Source: Campylobacterales bacterium (lineage in GTDB: Bacteria > Campylobacterota > Campylobacteria > Campylobacterales > UBA6016). Taken from it: a DNA stretch of 64,000 nt. Location of the stretch: the NCBI GenBank assembly GCA_041915365.1, contig JAYSBP010000009.1, forward strand, positions 4,182 through 68,181. The letters run 5' to 3'. Below the pieces are notes generated by a model. That model made no database searches. It saw nothing but the letters and a program-made list of their open reading frames with translations, and was not told the origin of the DNA. Positions within the stretch are counted from its first letter, which is position 1; each line of letters begins with the position of its first letter. A program made the translations under genes and the position numbers. Positions 29,880 through 40,208 of this stretch are shown here, piece after piece.

Positions 29880-30635
29880 ATGGCAATTCATATAAGAAGC
29901 AAGAGCGAGATTGATGCTTTGAGAAAAGCAGGGAAGGTGGCCGCAGAGGCCATCGAACTTGCAAAGTCTCTCATAAAGCCAGGCGTATCTACAAAGTTTA
30001 TTTCCGAAGAGACCGAGAAGTTTATAGTCTCAAAAGGTGCTAGAGCGTCATTTAAGGGATTGTACAACTTTCCAGAGGCTATATGCATCTCGGTCAACGA
30101 GGTGATAATACATGGAATTCCAAATAACACTGTTTTAAAAGATGGTGATATAGTTGGGCTTGACATAGGGACAGAAATTGATGGTTGGTACGGCGATACC
30201 GCCGTTACTGTTCCGGTGTCAAAAATTTCAGAAGATGACACGAGGCTTTTAGCTTGCGCCGAGGAATCTCTTGAGTTTGCTATATCCTCTGTCAAAGAGG
30301 GTATGAGGTTTAAAGAACTAAGCAAGCTCATCGAAGATTTTATAGAGGCAAAAGGCTATAAACCTCTTAGGAATTTTTGCGGACACGGTATAGGAAGGAG
30401 CCCCCACGAAGAGCCATCCATCCTAAACTACGTAGAGGGTAACTCTTCTCAAGGTCCAAAAATAAAAAATGGAATGGTTTTCTGCATAGAGCCGATGATT
30501 TGCCAGAAAAGTGGTAACTCAAAGGTACTTGAGGACAAGTGGAGCGTTGTATCGGTGGACGGACTTCGGGGTAGCCATTTTGAGCATACCGTTGCTGTCA
30601 TTAACGGCAGAGCCGAAGTTCTGTCAAAGATTTAG
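29880..30635 (+). CDS. map: Methionine aminopeptidase type I
   Basis: It has VIIHGIP, GDIVGLD, GYCGHGIG-like FCGHGIGRSPHE and HFEHTV metal-ligand motifs. Confidence 0.95.
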   Translation: MAIHIRSKSEIDALRKAGKVAAEAIELAKSLIKPGVSTKFISEETEKFIVSKGARASFKGLYNFPEAICISVNEVIIHGIPNNTVLKDGDIVGLDIGTEIDGWYGDTAVTVPVSKISEDDTRLLACAEESLEFAISSVKEGMRFKELSKLIEDFIEAKGYKPLRNFCGHGIGRSPHEEPSILNYVEGNSSQGPKIKNGMVFCIEPMICQKSGNSKVLEDKWSVVSVDGLRGSHFEHTVAVINGRAEVLSKI

Positions 30636-30644
30636 GGAGGAAAA

Positions 30645-30863
30645 ATGGCAAAAGACGATGTCATTGAGATTGACGGTGTAGTCGTAGAGGCATTGCCTAA
30701 TGCGACTTTTAGGGTGGAACTTGAGAATGGCCATATAATTCTTGGTCATATTGCCGGGAAAATGAGGATGCACTACATCAAAATTTTGCCAGGCGATAAA
30801 GTGAAAGTCGAGCTCACGCCTTATAGTCTCGACAAAGGCAGAATCACTTTCAGGTATAAGTAA
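30645..30863 (+). CDS. infA: Translation initiation factor IF-1
   Basis: It has [30 protein letters not shown]...RITFRYK. Confidence 0.97.
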   Translation: MAKDDVIEIDGVVVEALPNATFRVELENGHIILGHIAGKMRMHYIKILPGDKVKVELTPYSLDKGRITFRYK

Positions 30864-30962
30864 GTTTTTACGTTAAACCTGCTAGAATTCGGTTCTTTTT
30901 TCCGTTTATAAGCTTTGAGAAGCCGATAACGTATAGGTTTTATTATATTAAGGAGCGTTTTT

Positions 30963-31076
30963 ATGAAAGTAGCACCGTCGGTTAAGAAGATGTGCGATAA
31001 ATGTAAAGTCATTAAAAGAAAAAGCATTGTTCGCGTAATTTGCGAAAACCCAAAACACAAACAAAGACAAGGATAA
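30963..31076 (+). CDS. rpmJ: 50S ribosomal protein L36 (absent from the supplied ORF track)
   Basis: My manual translation is [37 protein letters not shown]. It has the CxxC..C..H zinc ribbon, an AAGGAG Shine-Dalgarno sequence 7 nt upstream, and the expected position between infA and rpsM. Confidence 0.9.
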   Translation: MKVAPSVKKMCDKCKVIKRKSIVRVICENPKHKQRQG

Positions 31077-31080
31077 TTAT

Positions 31081-31449
31081 ATGGCAAGGATAGCGGGCGT
31101 TGACCTTCCTAAGAAAAAAAGACTTGAGTTTGCTCTAACTTATATCTATGGGATTGGACATGCAAAATCCCTTGAGATACTAGCAGCTACGGGCATCTCA
31201 ATAGACAAAAGAGTTCACGAGCTTACAGAAGATGAAGCTGCGGCTCTTAGAAAAGAGATTCAAGAAAACTATATGGTTGAGGGTGACCTTAGAAAGAAAG
31301 TTTCTATGGACATTAAAGCTCTTATGGATCTTGGTAGCTTCAGAGGTCTAAGACATAGAAAAGGACTTCCAGTAAGAGGCCAAAGAACAAAAACTAATGC
31401 TAGAACTAGAAAAGGTAAGAGAAAAACCGTAGGTTCTAAGTCTAAGTAA
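31081..31449 (+). CDS. rpsM: 30S ribosomal protein S13
   Basis: It has [14 protein letters not shown] and [21 protein letters not shown]. Confidence 0.97.
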   Translation: MARIAGVDLPKKKRLEFALTYIYGIGHAKSLEILAATGISIDKRVHELTEDEAAALRKEIQENYMVEGDLRKKVSMDIKALMDLGSFRGLRHRKGLPVRGQRTKTNARTRKGKRKTVGSKSK

Positions 31450-31473
31450 GGCGTAATTTAAAGGAAAGCAAAA

Positions 31474-31866
31474 ATGGCAGCAAAAAGAAAAGTAAAGAAA
31501 AAAGTAGTAAAGAAAAATATTGCTAGAGGCATCATACATATAGTAGCCTCTTTCAACAACACGCTTGTAACTGTAACAGACGAAATGGGTAATGCCATCT
31601 GTTGGTCAAGCGCGGGAAGCCTGGGCTTTAAAGGTAGCAAAAAAGCTACCCCTTTCGCCGCTCAACAAGCCGTAGAAGACGCTATAACTAAAGCCAAAGA
31701 ACACGGTCTTAAAGAGCTCGGCATAAAAATCCAAGGGCCGGGTAACGGTAGAGAGATGGCTGTTAAAGCCGTAGGTGGTAGAAGTGATATTAGAGTAGTT
31801 TATCTAAAAGATGTTACTCCGCTTCCGCATAACGGATGCCGACCTCCAAAAAGAAGAAGAGTGTAA
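31474..31866 (+). CDS. rpsK: 30S ribosomal protein S11
   Basis: It has [21 protein letters not shown] and [17 protein letters not shown]. Confidence 0.97.
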   Translation: MAAKRKVKKKVVKKNIARGIIHIVASFNNTLVTVTDEMGNAICWSSAGSLGFKGSKKATPFAAQQAVEDAITKAKEHGLKELGIKIQGPGNGREMAVKAVGGRSDIRVVYLKDVTPLPHNGCRPPKRRRV

Positions 31867-31876
31867 GGAATAGATT

Positions 31877-32503
31877 ATGGCAAGATATACAGGACCAGTT
31901 GAGAAACTAGAAAGAAGACTAGGCGTTAGCCTTGATATGAAAGGCGAGAGAAGACTTGCAGGCAAATCTGCGCTTGATAAGAGACCTTACGCTCCGGGTC
32001 AACACGGGCAAAGAAAAGCAAAAGTAAGCGAGTTTGGAACTCAGCTAAGAGAAAAACAAAAAATAAAATTTATGTACGGTTTGTCTGAAAAGCAAACAAG
32101 AAGAATATACGACGAAGCTTCAAGAGCTAGCGGTAATGCTGGTGAAAACTTCGTGAAACTTCTTGAGAGAAGACTTGATAACGTAGTTTATAGAATGGGT
32201 ATGGCTACTACTAGAAGATTTGCAAGACAACTTGTAAATCACGGTCATATACTAGTGGACGGTAAAAAAGTAGGAATTCCTTCTTATAGAGTAAAACCGG
32301 GTCAAAAAATTGAAGTTTGCGAAAAATCAAGAAACAACCCACAAATCATAAGAGCTATGGAGCTAACTAACCAAACAGGTATGTCTGCGTGGGTAGACGT
32401 AGATAAAGAGAAGCTATTTGGTATATTTACTAGAATTCCGGAAAGAAGTGAAGTTACTATTCCGGTTGACGAGAGACTTATCATCGAATTCTACTCAAAA
32501 TAA
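31877..32503 (+). CDS. rpsD: 30S ribosomal protein S4
   Basis: It starts MARYTGPV and has an S4 RNA-binding domain ([23 protein letters not shown]). Confidence 0.97.
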   Translation: MARYTGPVEKLERRLGVSLDMKGERRLAGKSALDKRPYAPGQHGQRKAKVSEFGTQLREKQKIKFMYGLSEKQTRRIYDEASRASGNAGENFVKLLERRLDNVVYRMGMATTRRFARQLVNHGHILVDGKKVGIPSYRVKPGQKIEVCEKSRNNPQIIRAMELTNQTGMSAWVDVDKEKLFGIFTRIPERSEVTIPVDERLIIEFYSK

Positions 32504-32519
32504 TAGGGTGGCTTAAAGC

Positions 32520-33533
32520 ATGAAAAAAATAAAAGTATCACCTCTAATTCCAACTAACATTGAGGTTGAAAGCGAGAATAAAAACTCGGCTAAAATCTCT
32601 ATTTTCCCATTTGAGACTGGGTACGCTATTACGATAGCGCACCCGCTCAAAAGACTTCTTCTAAGCTCGAGCGTCGGTTCGGCTCCTACAGCTGTCAAAA
32701 TCGAGGGTGTTACTCACGAGTTTGACTATGTAAGAGGTATGCTAGAGGATGTGACAGAGTTTATTTTGAATCTGAAAAACATTAGATTTAGCATCAAGGG
32801 CGATGCAAAAAGAGTTGTAGTTAATTACTCTTTTGCTGGGCACAGAGAGATTAAAGGCTCTGACCTTGAAAATGATGAAGTTGAAGTCGTCAGCAAAGAT
32901 TTGCACCTTGCGACTATCAACGATGACGCTACGCTAAACTTTAGTGTTGTTATCGAAAAAGGTATGGGTTATGTGCCTAGCGAAGAGATTAGGGATTTGG
33001 TCGAGCCAAACTTTATACCTCTTGACGCATATTTTATGCCTGTAACCAAAGCTATTTACGATATTGAAAATATGCTAGTTGAGGATAACCCTAACTATGA
33101 AAAACTTATTTTCACTATTTGTACAGATGGTCAGAGTGAAGCAGAAGCTGTATTTAGAGAAGCTGTAAAAACTCTATATGAGCAACTAAGCATATTCAAC
33201 AAAGAGCTTGCAATAGGCGGCGGAGTAGCTGTTAGTGGAGTATCTGCTAAAAGTGAAAACGATGGAGAGCTTAAAAAGCTACTTATCAGCGTAGATGACC
33301 TAAACCTATCGGCTAGAAGCCATAACTGCCTTACAAGAGCCTCAGTAAAATACCTAGGCGACTTGGTACTTATGAATGAAAAAGAGCTTGCCGAGGTTAG
33401 AAATCTAGGTAAAAAATCTCTTGATGAGATAAAAGATAAAATGGAAGAGATGGGTTATCCTGTCGGAACAGAACTTCCAGAAGAGCTTTTGGCTTCACTA
33501 AAAACGAAGCTAGCACAACTAAAGGATAGATAA
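32520..33533 (+). CDS. rpoA: DNA-directed RNA polymerase alpha subunit
   Basis: The 337-aa product has a C-terminal domain with [11 protein letters not shown] and LGKKSL.EI, and it lies between rpsD and rplQ. Confidence 0.95.
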   Translation: MKKIKVSPLIPTNIEVESENKNSAKISIFPFETGYAITIAHPLKRLLLSSSVGSAPTAVKIEGVTHEFDYVRGMLEDVTEFILNLKNIRFSIKGDAKRVVVNYSFAGHREIKGSDLENDEVEVVSKDLHLATINDDATLNFSVVIEKGMGYVPSEEIRDLVEPNFIPLDAYFMPVTKAIYDIENMLVEDNPNYEKLIFTICTDGQSEAEAVFREAVKTLYEQLSIFNKELAIGGGVAVSGVSAKSENDGELKKLLISVDDLNLSARSHNCLTRASVKYLGDLVLMNEKELAEVRNLGKKSLDEIKDKMEEMGYPVGTELPEELLASLKTKLAQLKDR

Positions 33534-33889
33534 TGAGACATAGAGTAGCACATAGAAAACTCGGTAGAACAACGTCTCACAGACTTGCTCTACTAAAAAA
33601 CCTTGCAATATCACTTATACAATATGAAAAAATAGAGACGACTCTACCTAAAGCAAAAGAGTTGAAACCTTATTTCGACAAACTTGTAACAAAAGCAAAA
33701 AAAGGTGACCTAAACGCTCATAGAGCTGTTTTTGCCCTATTGCAAGACAAAGAATCAACAAAAAAACTAATGAACGAGCTTGTTCCTGCTCTAAGCGGTA
33801 GAACTAGCGGTTACACTAGTATAATCAAAATAGGCCAAAGAAAAGGTGACGCTGCTGAGATGGCGACACTTGAAATAATCAAAGGCTAA
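33533..33889 (+). CDS. rplQ: 50S ribosomal protein L17
   Basis: It has [17 protein letters not shown]. Confidence 0.97.
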   Translation: MRHRVAHRKLGRTTSHRLALLKNLAISLIQYEKIETTLPKAKELKPYFDKLVTKAKKGDLNAHRAVFALLQDKESTKKLMNELVPALSGRTSGYTSIIKIGQRKGDAAEMATLEIIKG

Positions 33890-33902
33890 TCTTTCAAAAA
33901 TT

Positions 33903-33925
33903 GGCTTGTCCCTTGCGGACAAGCC
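33903..33925 (+). terminator. Stem-loop after rplQ (candidate intrinsic terminator of the alpha operon)
   Basis: GGCTTGTCC-cttgc-GGACAAGCC forms a 9-bp perfect stem 14 nt after the stop codon. The downstream T-run is weak (CTTCT). Confidence 0.5.
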
Positions 33926-33997
33926 CTTCTACTTCGTTAAACGACTTTTAAGCGCTAAACCAATACATTACACCAAAAACTTAAGCAAGGTTGTCAG

Positions 33998-34294
33998 ATG
34001 GCTATCCCTTTTACAGATGAAGAATTATTACCCGCAGTCAGCAGATGTATATCAAAAATAGAGCCGATGCTCGCTCTTGATGGCGGAAGTATTAAACTTG
34101 TCGGGATTAAAGACCACGTTGTTTATGTTCAGTTGCAAGGTGCCTGCATAGGGTGTCCTAGTAGCGGTAACACATTAAAATACGGCGTTGAGAAAAAAAT
34201 AAAAGAGGACATTCATCAAGAACTCGCTGTTGTTAATGTGCCGATTGGGGCTGAGGTTAATTTGGAAGAATTTATACAAGGTTTGCGAGGCTAA
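33998..34294 (+). CDS. NifU C-terminal-domain (Nfu-type) Fe-S cluster scaffold protein
   Basis: It has LDGGSIKLVGI....VYVQLQGACIGCPSS..TLK, the CxxC motif of the Nfu domain. Confidence 0.8.
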   Translation: MAIPFTDEELLPAVSRCISKIEPMLALDGGSIKLVGIKDHVVYVQLQGACIGCPSSGNTLKYGVEKKIKEDIHQELAVVNVPIGAEVNLEEFIQGLRG

Positions 34295-34908
34295 TGAAAA
34301 AAAAAGTTTTTAAAACCCATTTGGAGAGTGCCGAGAAACATTTTGCGGCAAAAAACTACGAGAAGGCTCTTTTTGAATACTCTTTGGCGAGAGCAGAAGA
34401 CCCGACAAGCCAAGATGTTAGAGTTGGTATACTGCTTTGCGATTTAGCATACGAGATGGAGATTGAAGCTCATTCATTATTTGATTATTATATGATTGCA
34501 AAAAAAGAGAATGCGGAAAATGCTGCCGAACTTCTAGAGAAAATTATACTATCTATAGATGGTGCTTTGAGCGCAACTGCTGAGATTTTAATGCCGTCAA
34601 TCAAAAATAGAATTGACTATGAAAATGCGATTTCGTATGAAGATTTCCAAGAGATAGTCAAAAAAAGAGGGGATTTTAAAAGAGCTTTTGAGGACATAAT
34701 GTTTTCAACGAGAGTGGTTATATCCGAGAAAAAAGATTTTATTAACTTTTTGGATGCCCTTGTGATGAGCGGTTTTAACGACATGGCCCTAAACTATCTT
34801 GAGAGTGCAAGTGCGATATTTCCTTCTAGCAAAAAAATTAGAGAGCTTTTTGACAAGCTAAGCCAACAAAGAGAACCTAGTGAAACTAAAACTCCCAAAA
34901 AACTCTGA
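34294..34908 (+). CDS. Hypothetical protein (helical, TPR-like N-terminus)
   Basis: The 204-aa ORF is coupled to the upstream gene as TAATG and sits between the nfu-like gene and murE, as in Campylobacter jejuni. I recognise no motif. Confidence 0.5.
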   Translation: MKKKVFKTHLESAEKHFAAKNYEKALFEYSLARAEDPTSQDVRVGILLCDLAYEMEIEAHSLFDYYMIAKKENAENAAELLEKIILSIDGALSATAEILMPSIKNRIDYENAISYEDFQEIVKKRGDFKRAFEDIMFSTRVVISEKKDFINFLDALVMSGFNDMALNYLESASAIFPSSKKIRELFDKLSQQREPSETKTPKKL

Positions 34909-36202
34909 TCTTCAAGCCTCATGCATAAGCGATAATTCCGCGGAGTGCGACGAAGAAACCGCCTTTTTGATTACCCCGCTTTCTGTCAAGTATATTGACG
35001 ATGCAAAATCAAAGGGCGTATCTGTATTTGTGAGCGCAAATGAGCTAAAAGATATTTTTGATTTATCTTCCATAAAAATAATAGGTATTACCGGAACCAA
35101 TGGCAAGACTACAACCGCCGCCGCAATATATTCATTGTTGCTTGATAGTGGGAAAAAAGTTGCGCTTCAAGGAACAAGGGGTTTTTTTGCTAATGAAGAG
35201 AGATTGGAGGAGAAATCACTTACAACCCCCATGCAACTGAATATTTTTGCGAATATTTTGGATGCGATAGACAGAGGGTGTGAATACTTCGTAATGGAGG
35301 TAAGCTCTCATGCCATAGCTCAAAAGCGGATTGAGGGGCTTAGTTTTGCGCTTAAGATAATTACGAATATCACTCAAGACCATTTAGATTTTCATAAAAC
35401 TTTTGAAAACTATCGTGATACTAAAAATGAATTTGTGTGCGATGACTCATTGAAGCTTATCAATATTGACGATGAAAATATAGCCTACAACCAAAAGAAT
35501 GCCAAGACATATGGACTTGAAAAGCATGCTGACTATAAGATTGGCGCATATTCATTGAATGAGGGCATTTTCGCTGTTTTGGAAAACGACAACAAACCAT
35601 TTTCTTTTCACGCTTCAATGGCCGGTGTGTTCAATATTTATAACCTAACGGCTGCGATTGCGGCGGTGCATTTACTTACCAACGACGATTTGGAAGTCAT
35701 AACGGAGAATATAGAGAATTTTGGCGGTGTCGGTGGCAGAATGGAGATGGTTAGTACAAATCCGTTTATCGTAGTTGATTTTGCACACACCCCTGACGGT
35801 ATAGCAAAAGTCCTTGAGGCACTCGGCGGCTCAAAGATAACGGTTGTATTCGGTGCCGGCGGCGATAGAGATGCAAGTAAAAGACCTTTGATGGGCAAAG
35901 AAGCAGCTCTTAGGGCGGCAAAGCTCGTAGTAACAAGCGATAATCCTAGAAGTGAAAATCCAAGCGATATTATCGGTGATATTTTGGGTGGTATTGACGA
36001 CAAATCGAAAGTATATGTAGTGGAAGATAGATATGAGGCTATCAAAAAAGCAATAATGGAACAACAAGAGGGCGAGATTGTGGCGATACTGGGCAAGGGT
36101 GACGAGACAAGCCAGATTTTTGCAGATAAGACAATTCATTTTGACGATAGAGAAGTTGCCAAAGAGATTCTTGCAAATAAAAATAGCTCCAAAAATATTT
36201 AA
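34880..36202 (+). CDS. murE: UDP-N-acetylmuramoyl-L-alanyl-D-glutamate--2,6-diaminopimelate ligase
   Basis: It has the Mur ligase P-loop GITGTNGKTT, a DNPR motif (VVTSDNPRSENP) and a GTG start. Confidence 0.9.
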   Translation: MKLKLPKNSDLQASCISDNSAECDEETAFLITPLSVKYIDDAKSKGVSVFVSANELKDIFDLSSIKIIGITGTNGKTTTAAAIYSLLLDSGKKVALQGTRGFFANEERLEEKSLTTPMQLNIFANILDAIDRGCEYFVMEVSSHAIAQKRIEGLSFALKIITNITQDHLDFHKTFENYRDTKNEFVCDDSLKLINIDDENIAYNQKNAKTYGLEKHADYKIGAYSLNEGIFAVLENDNKPFSFHASMAGVFNIYNLTAAIAAVHLLTNDDLEVITENIENFGGVGGRMEMVSTNPFIVVDFAHTPDGIAKVLEALGGSKITVVFGAGGDRDASKRPLMGKEAALRAAKLVVTSDNPRSENPSDIIGDILGGIDDKSKVYVVEDRYEAIKKAIMEQQEGEIVAILGKGDETSQIFADKTIHFDDREVAKEILANKNSSKNI

Positions 36203-36270
36203 GACTTAATTTATCCCATTTAAAAACTTTCTTTAGTAAAATAACGAAAAATATAATCAAGGAGTCAGAA

Positions 36271-36651
36271 ATGGCAGGCATTCCACAACCAGCTTTTTAT
36301 CTATTTATGTGTCAAGTTGAAAGACCGGAAGGTTTCCCAAAAGGCTCATGTATCAAGCCTCACAACAGAGATATTTTCGGCTATCTAAGCGAAGCTCTTA
36401 TGAGAAGCGGCGTAATAGGCACAGTAGTGCCGGTACAGAGCGGTTGTCAAAATAGATGTAACCTCGGTCCAGTAATGATGGTAGAGCCTGGACACACTAT
36501 GTATGTCGGTCTGACTAAAGAAAAAATTGATAAAATTATAAAAGAACATATCATAGGCGGAAGCGTTGTTGAAGAGTATGTAATCCCGAAAGAGATGTGG
36601 GCGGACGCTATTAGTCCTGAACAAATGAGAAAAATGGCTGGAGTCAGTTAA
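36271..36651 (+). CDS. Thioredoxin-like [2Fe-2S] ferredoxin domain protein
   Basis: The 126-aa product has Cys at ..FMCQ.., ..GSCI.. and ..[11 protein letters not shown].., resembling (2Fe-2S) ferredoxin-like proteins. Confidence 0.55.
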   Translation: MAGIPQPAFYLFMCQVERPEGFPKGSCIKPHNRDIFGYLSEALMRSGVIGTVVPVQSGCQNRCNLGPVMMVEPGHTMYVGLTKEKIDKIIKEHIIGGSVVEEYVIPKEMWADAISPEQMRKMAGVS

Positions 36652-36656
36652 AAATT

Positions 36657-37022
36657 ATGCGAATCGATATGCTTTACTCAAAAATCCATAGGGCGACGGT
36701 AACAGATGCAAACCTTAATTACGTCGGCTCTATCACAATAGATAGGGAGCTAATGGACGCCGCCAAAATGAGAGTGGGGCAAAAAGTAGAGATACTAAAC
36801 ATCAATAACGGTGAGAGATTTTCTACTTATGTTATTGAAGGCGAAAGAGGCAAGCGTGATATGTGCTTAAACGGTGCCGCAGCTAGAAAAGTGCATGTAG
36901 GCGACAAAATTATAGTAGTCGCTTACGCCTCTTTTGAGGAAGAAGAGCTAAAAAATTATGCCCCAGCGATAGTTATAGTAGACGATAAAAATGACATCGT
37001 AGAGATAGGGAGTGGGCTTTAA
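36657..37022 (+). CDS. panD: Aspartate 1-decarboxylase
   Basis: It has [24 protein letters not shown], including the GS self-processing site. Confidence 0.93.
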   Translation: MRIDMLYSKIHRATVTDANLNYVGSITIDRELMDAAKMRVGQKVEILNINNGERFSTYVIEGERGKRDMCLNGAAARKVHVGDKIIVVAYASFEEEELKNYAPAIVIVDDKNDIVEIGSGL

Positions 37023-37339
37023 TGTTTGAAGGTTTTGATATGTCAAAACTGGGTGGCATGATAGAAGAGGCTCAAAAAAAAGCAAAAGAGTTGGAGGAAA
37101 AAAGTTCTTCCCTTAGTTTCACGGCAAAAAGCGGCGGTGGAATGGTATCCGCAACCGTTAATGGCAAGTTTGAAGTCCTTGATATTACGATTGACGATTC
37201 TTTGTTGGAAGACAAAGAGTCGCTCCAAATACTTTTGATGAGCGCAATCAACGACGCCATCAAATCAGCCATAGAAAACCAAAAAAATGATGCAATGTCA
37301 ATGCTTGGCGGCTTTAATCCATTTGCAAAAAACGGTTAA
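37022..37339 (+). CDS. ybaB: Nucleoid-associated protein YbaB/EbfC family
   Basis: The 105-aa product has M..AQK.....EE...... then GGG.V..TV.G......I.ID..LL. Confidence 0.85.
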   Translation: MFEGFDMSKLGGMIEEAQKKAKELEEKSSSLSFTAKSGGGMVSATVNGKFEVLDITIDDSLLEDKESLQILLMSAINDAIKSAIENQKNDAMSMLGGFNPFAKNG

Positions 37340-37347
37340 TAGCCGTT

Positions 37348-38205
37348 ATGTTAGCAGAGTTTGAAGACTATCTAAAAAATAATCCAATAAAAGTTGACTC
37401 CTTCCACCCCTCTTTTGAAGATACCATAAATAAAATGCTAAACGTTGGCGGCAAGAGATTTCGTCCGCTTTTGATGCTCTCTGTCGTTGATGCGCTTGAT
37501 GATAGAATGCTAAAAAATACCTATGAGCCGGCCTTGGCCGTAGAGTGCCTTCACACATACTCTCTTATTCATGATGATTTACCGTGCATGGATGACTCGC
37601 CGCTTAGACGTGGGCATCCGACTTTGCATACTATTTATGGTGATGCGGCCGCCGTTCTTGCCGGAGACGCTCTGAATACGCATGCCTTTTATCTAATTTC
37701 AAACTCAAAGCTAAGTAGTGATGTTAAGGTAGAGCTCATTAGGCTTTTGAGTCGTGACGGCGGGACTTACGGAATGGTGCTTGGTCAAGCTATTGATTTG
37801 TTTTTTGAGAAAAAGAGACTCTCGCTTGATGAGCTAAGGTTTTTGCATGTTCATAAAACGGCGAAACTTATCGCGGCTTCGCTTGCTATGGGTGCAGTAA
37901 TAGGTGGGGCAAATGTCGGGCTTATCGGTAAGCTGTATGGTTTTGGAATCAAGCTAGGGCTTTTTTTTCAAGTGCGAGATGATCTTTTGGATGCACTCTC
38001 TAGCGAAGAAAAAGAGGGCAAGAAAGTACAAAACGACGGCTTCAAAAATAGTTTTGTCAATCTGCTTGGTATAGATGGGGCTAAGAGTGAATTTGAGAGT
38101 TTAAAAAACGAGCTTACGTCTGAGATAAAGACATTTGAGTCGAAACTTTCAACTGCACTTTTTGCTGTATGCGATAGATATTTTAAAGAAGATTTTGGAG
38201 GATAA
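37348..38205 (+). CDS. ispA: Polyprenyl (farnesyl/geranyl) diphosphate synthase
   Basis: It has the first and second Asp-rich motifs, LIHDDLPCMDD and FQVRDDLLD. Confidence 0.88.
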   Translation: MLAEFEDYLKNNPIKVDSFHPSFEDTINKMLNVGGKRFRPLLMLSVVDALDDRMLKNTYEPALAVECLHTYSLIHDDLPCMDDSPLRRGHPTLHTIYGDAAAVLAGDALNTHAFYLISNSKLSSDVKVELIRLLSRDGGTYGMVLGQAIDLFFEKKRLSLDELRFLHVHKTAKLIAASLAMGAVIGGANVGLIGKLYGFGIKLGLFFQVRDDLLDALSSEEKEGKKVQNDGFKNSFVNLLGIDGAKSEFESLKNELTSEIKTFESKLSTALFAVCDRYFKEDFGG

Positions 38206-38211
38206 TAAATT

Positions 38212-40152
38212 ATGCCAGGTACTACGATGCTAAAAAAAATGTCTGATACTATAAAGTTTTTGGCTTGCGATATGGTTCAAGCCGCTAATTCGGGACACCC
38301 TGGGATGCCGATGGGTTTATCTGATATTATGAGTGTTTTCAACTCGTTTTACAAGCATAATCCGGCTAATCCGAAATGGCTCAACAGGGATAGAGTGGTT
38401 TTCTCGGGCGGGCATGGTAGCTCACTAATTTATTCTTTGCTTCATCTTTGGGGATATGATGTCTCTTTGGATGACCTTAAGAACTTTAGACAGCTCCATT
38501 CAAAGACTCCAGGGCATCCGGAATACGGTCACACTTCCGGTGTTGAGGTAACCACTGGGCCTCTTGGTCAGGGATTTGCCAATGCCGTCGGTTTTGCCTT
38601 TGCTTCCGCATACGCCGCACATCTACTCAATACCCCAACGGCAAAAGTGATAGATCATAAAGTCTATTGTTTTTGCGGTGATGGCGACCTAGAGGAGGGC
38701 ATCAGCTATGAGGCGGCAAGCCTTGCTGGGCATCACGCTCTTTCAAATCTAGTTGTCGTATATGATAGTAACAATATCACTATCGAAGGCGAAGCGACGA
38801 TTGCTCTATCTGAAAATATCAGAGGCAGATTTGAGTCTCAGGGGTGGACCGTGCTTGAGATAAATGGGCATGATTATACCGAGATTGAAAATGCGTTTAG
38901 CGAAGCTGTAAGCGGCAAATCGGGCAAGCCTACTCTTATAATAGCAAAAACAAAAATTGCAAAAGGGGCTGCGACGCTGGAGGGCTCACACCATACACAC
39001 GGAGCACCTCTAGGCGAAGAAGAGATAAAAGCATCAAAAAGCGCAGCAGGATTTGACGCTGAGGCAAAATTTAATATCCCAGAAGATGTGTTGCTTAGAT
39101 TTAGATGCGCAAAAGAGAAGGGTGAGTTAGAAGAGAAGCTATGGAATAAAATGCTTCTTGAGCTTCCGGAGAGAGAAAAAAATGATTATCTTGAGGCACT
39201 GCTAAATCCTGACTTTAGAGAAGTTGTATATCCTGAGTTTGAGATAGGCTCAAAAGTAGCCACAAGGGATTCAAACGGCAAAATACTAAATGCGATAGCA
39301 AAAGCATACCCTGGTTTTATTGGTGGAAGTGCAGACTTATCTCCATCGAACAAAACGGAGCTAAATGGGCTAGGGGACTTCCCAAGAGGTAGAAATATCA
39401 GATTCGGTATCCGTGAGCACGCTATGGGTGCGATTACAAATGCTATCTCGTTGTACGGGTTATTTAGACCATTTTGTGCGACATTTTTTGTATTCTCTGA
39501 CTATCTTAAGCCGTCAGTTAGGGTTGCGGCTCTAATGGGAGCAAGAGAGCATTTCGTATTTACGCACGATAGTATCGGCGTGGGTGAAGACGGCCCTACA
39601 CATCAACCGATAGAACACCTAAGCTCGCTAAGAGCACTTCCAAATCTCTATGTATTTAGACCGTGTGACGCAAACGAGAATATATCATCTTGGAAGACAG
39701 CTCTAAATCTAAATGCCCCTAGTGCTTTCGTATGTTCAAGACAGGGGCTTGAAACACTTGAAATCAGTAAAAACGTAGACATTTCAAAAGGTGCTTACAA
39801 GGTTGTTGAAAAAGCCGGCTCAAAAGTCACTCTAATGGCTAGCGGAAGCGAAGTTCATACGGCGATTGCAGCGGCAAAATTGCTAGAGGGAGAAGGTATA
39901 GCGACAAGCGTTGTGAGCGTACCTTGTTTTGATTTGCTTGTAGAAGCCGGCAAAGAGTATCAAAAAGCTTTGCTTGGCGATACGAAAGTCGTAGCCGTTG
40001 AGGCGGCTAGTGGGCAAGAGTGGTACAGATTTGCCGACGATGTGGTGTGTATGGAGAGCTTCGGTGCAAGCGGCAAAGACTCTTTGCTATTTAAAGAGTT
40101 TGGTTTTACGGCTGAAAACGTCGCATCTCGTGCAAAAAGTTTGTTGTCGTAA
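38212..40152 (+). CDS. tkt: Transketolase
   Basis: It has SGHPGMPMG, GDGDLEEG and HDSIGVGEDGPTHQPIE. Confidence 0.95.
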   Translation: MPGTTMLKKMSDTIKFLACDMVQAANSGHPGMPMGLSDIMSVFNSFYKHNPANPKWLNRDRVVFSGGHGSSLIYSLLHLWGYDVSLDDLKNFRQLHSKTPGHPEYGHTSGVEVTTGPLGQGFANAVGFAFASAYAAHLLNTPTAKVIDHKVYCFCGDGDLEEGISYEAASLAGHHALSNLVVVYDSNNITIEGEATIALSENIRGRFESQGWTVLEINGHDYTEIENAFSEAVSGKSGKPTLIIAKTKIAKGAATLEGSHHTHGAPLGEEEIKASKSAAGFDAEAKFNIPEDVLLRFRCAKEKGELEEKLWNKMLLELPEREKNDYLEALLNPDFREVVYPEFEIGSKVATRDSNGKILNAIAKAYPGFIGGSADLSPSNKTELNGLGDFPRGRNIRFGIREHAMGAITNAISLYGLFRPFCATFFVFSDYLKPSVRVAALMGAREHFVFTHDSIGVGEDGPTHQPIEHLSSLRALPNLYVFRPCDANENISSWKTALNLNAPSAFVCSRQGLETLEISKNVDISKGAYKVVEKAGSKVTLMASGSEVHTAIAAAKLLEGEGIATSVVSVPCFDLLVEAGKEYQKALLGDTKVVAVEAASGQEWYRFADDVVCMESFGASGKDSLLFKEFGFTAENVASRAKSLLS

Positions 40153-40208
40153 CGCTTTGGCAAACAAAGTTTTGTTACAATCAAGTAAATTACCGATAAG
40201 GGGATAAT

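Noticed and set aside
30876-30901. AACC...GGTT followed by T6 after infA, a possible attenuator before rpmJ.
   Set aside because: The stem is only 4 bp. The T-run alone does not support a terminator call.
33981-33988. A single TTAAGCAA half-site upstream of the nfu-like gene.
   Set aside because: An isolated 8-mer is expected by chance about once or more in 64 kb on both strands. It has no partner half-site.
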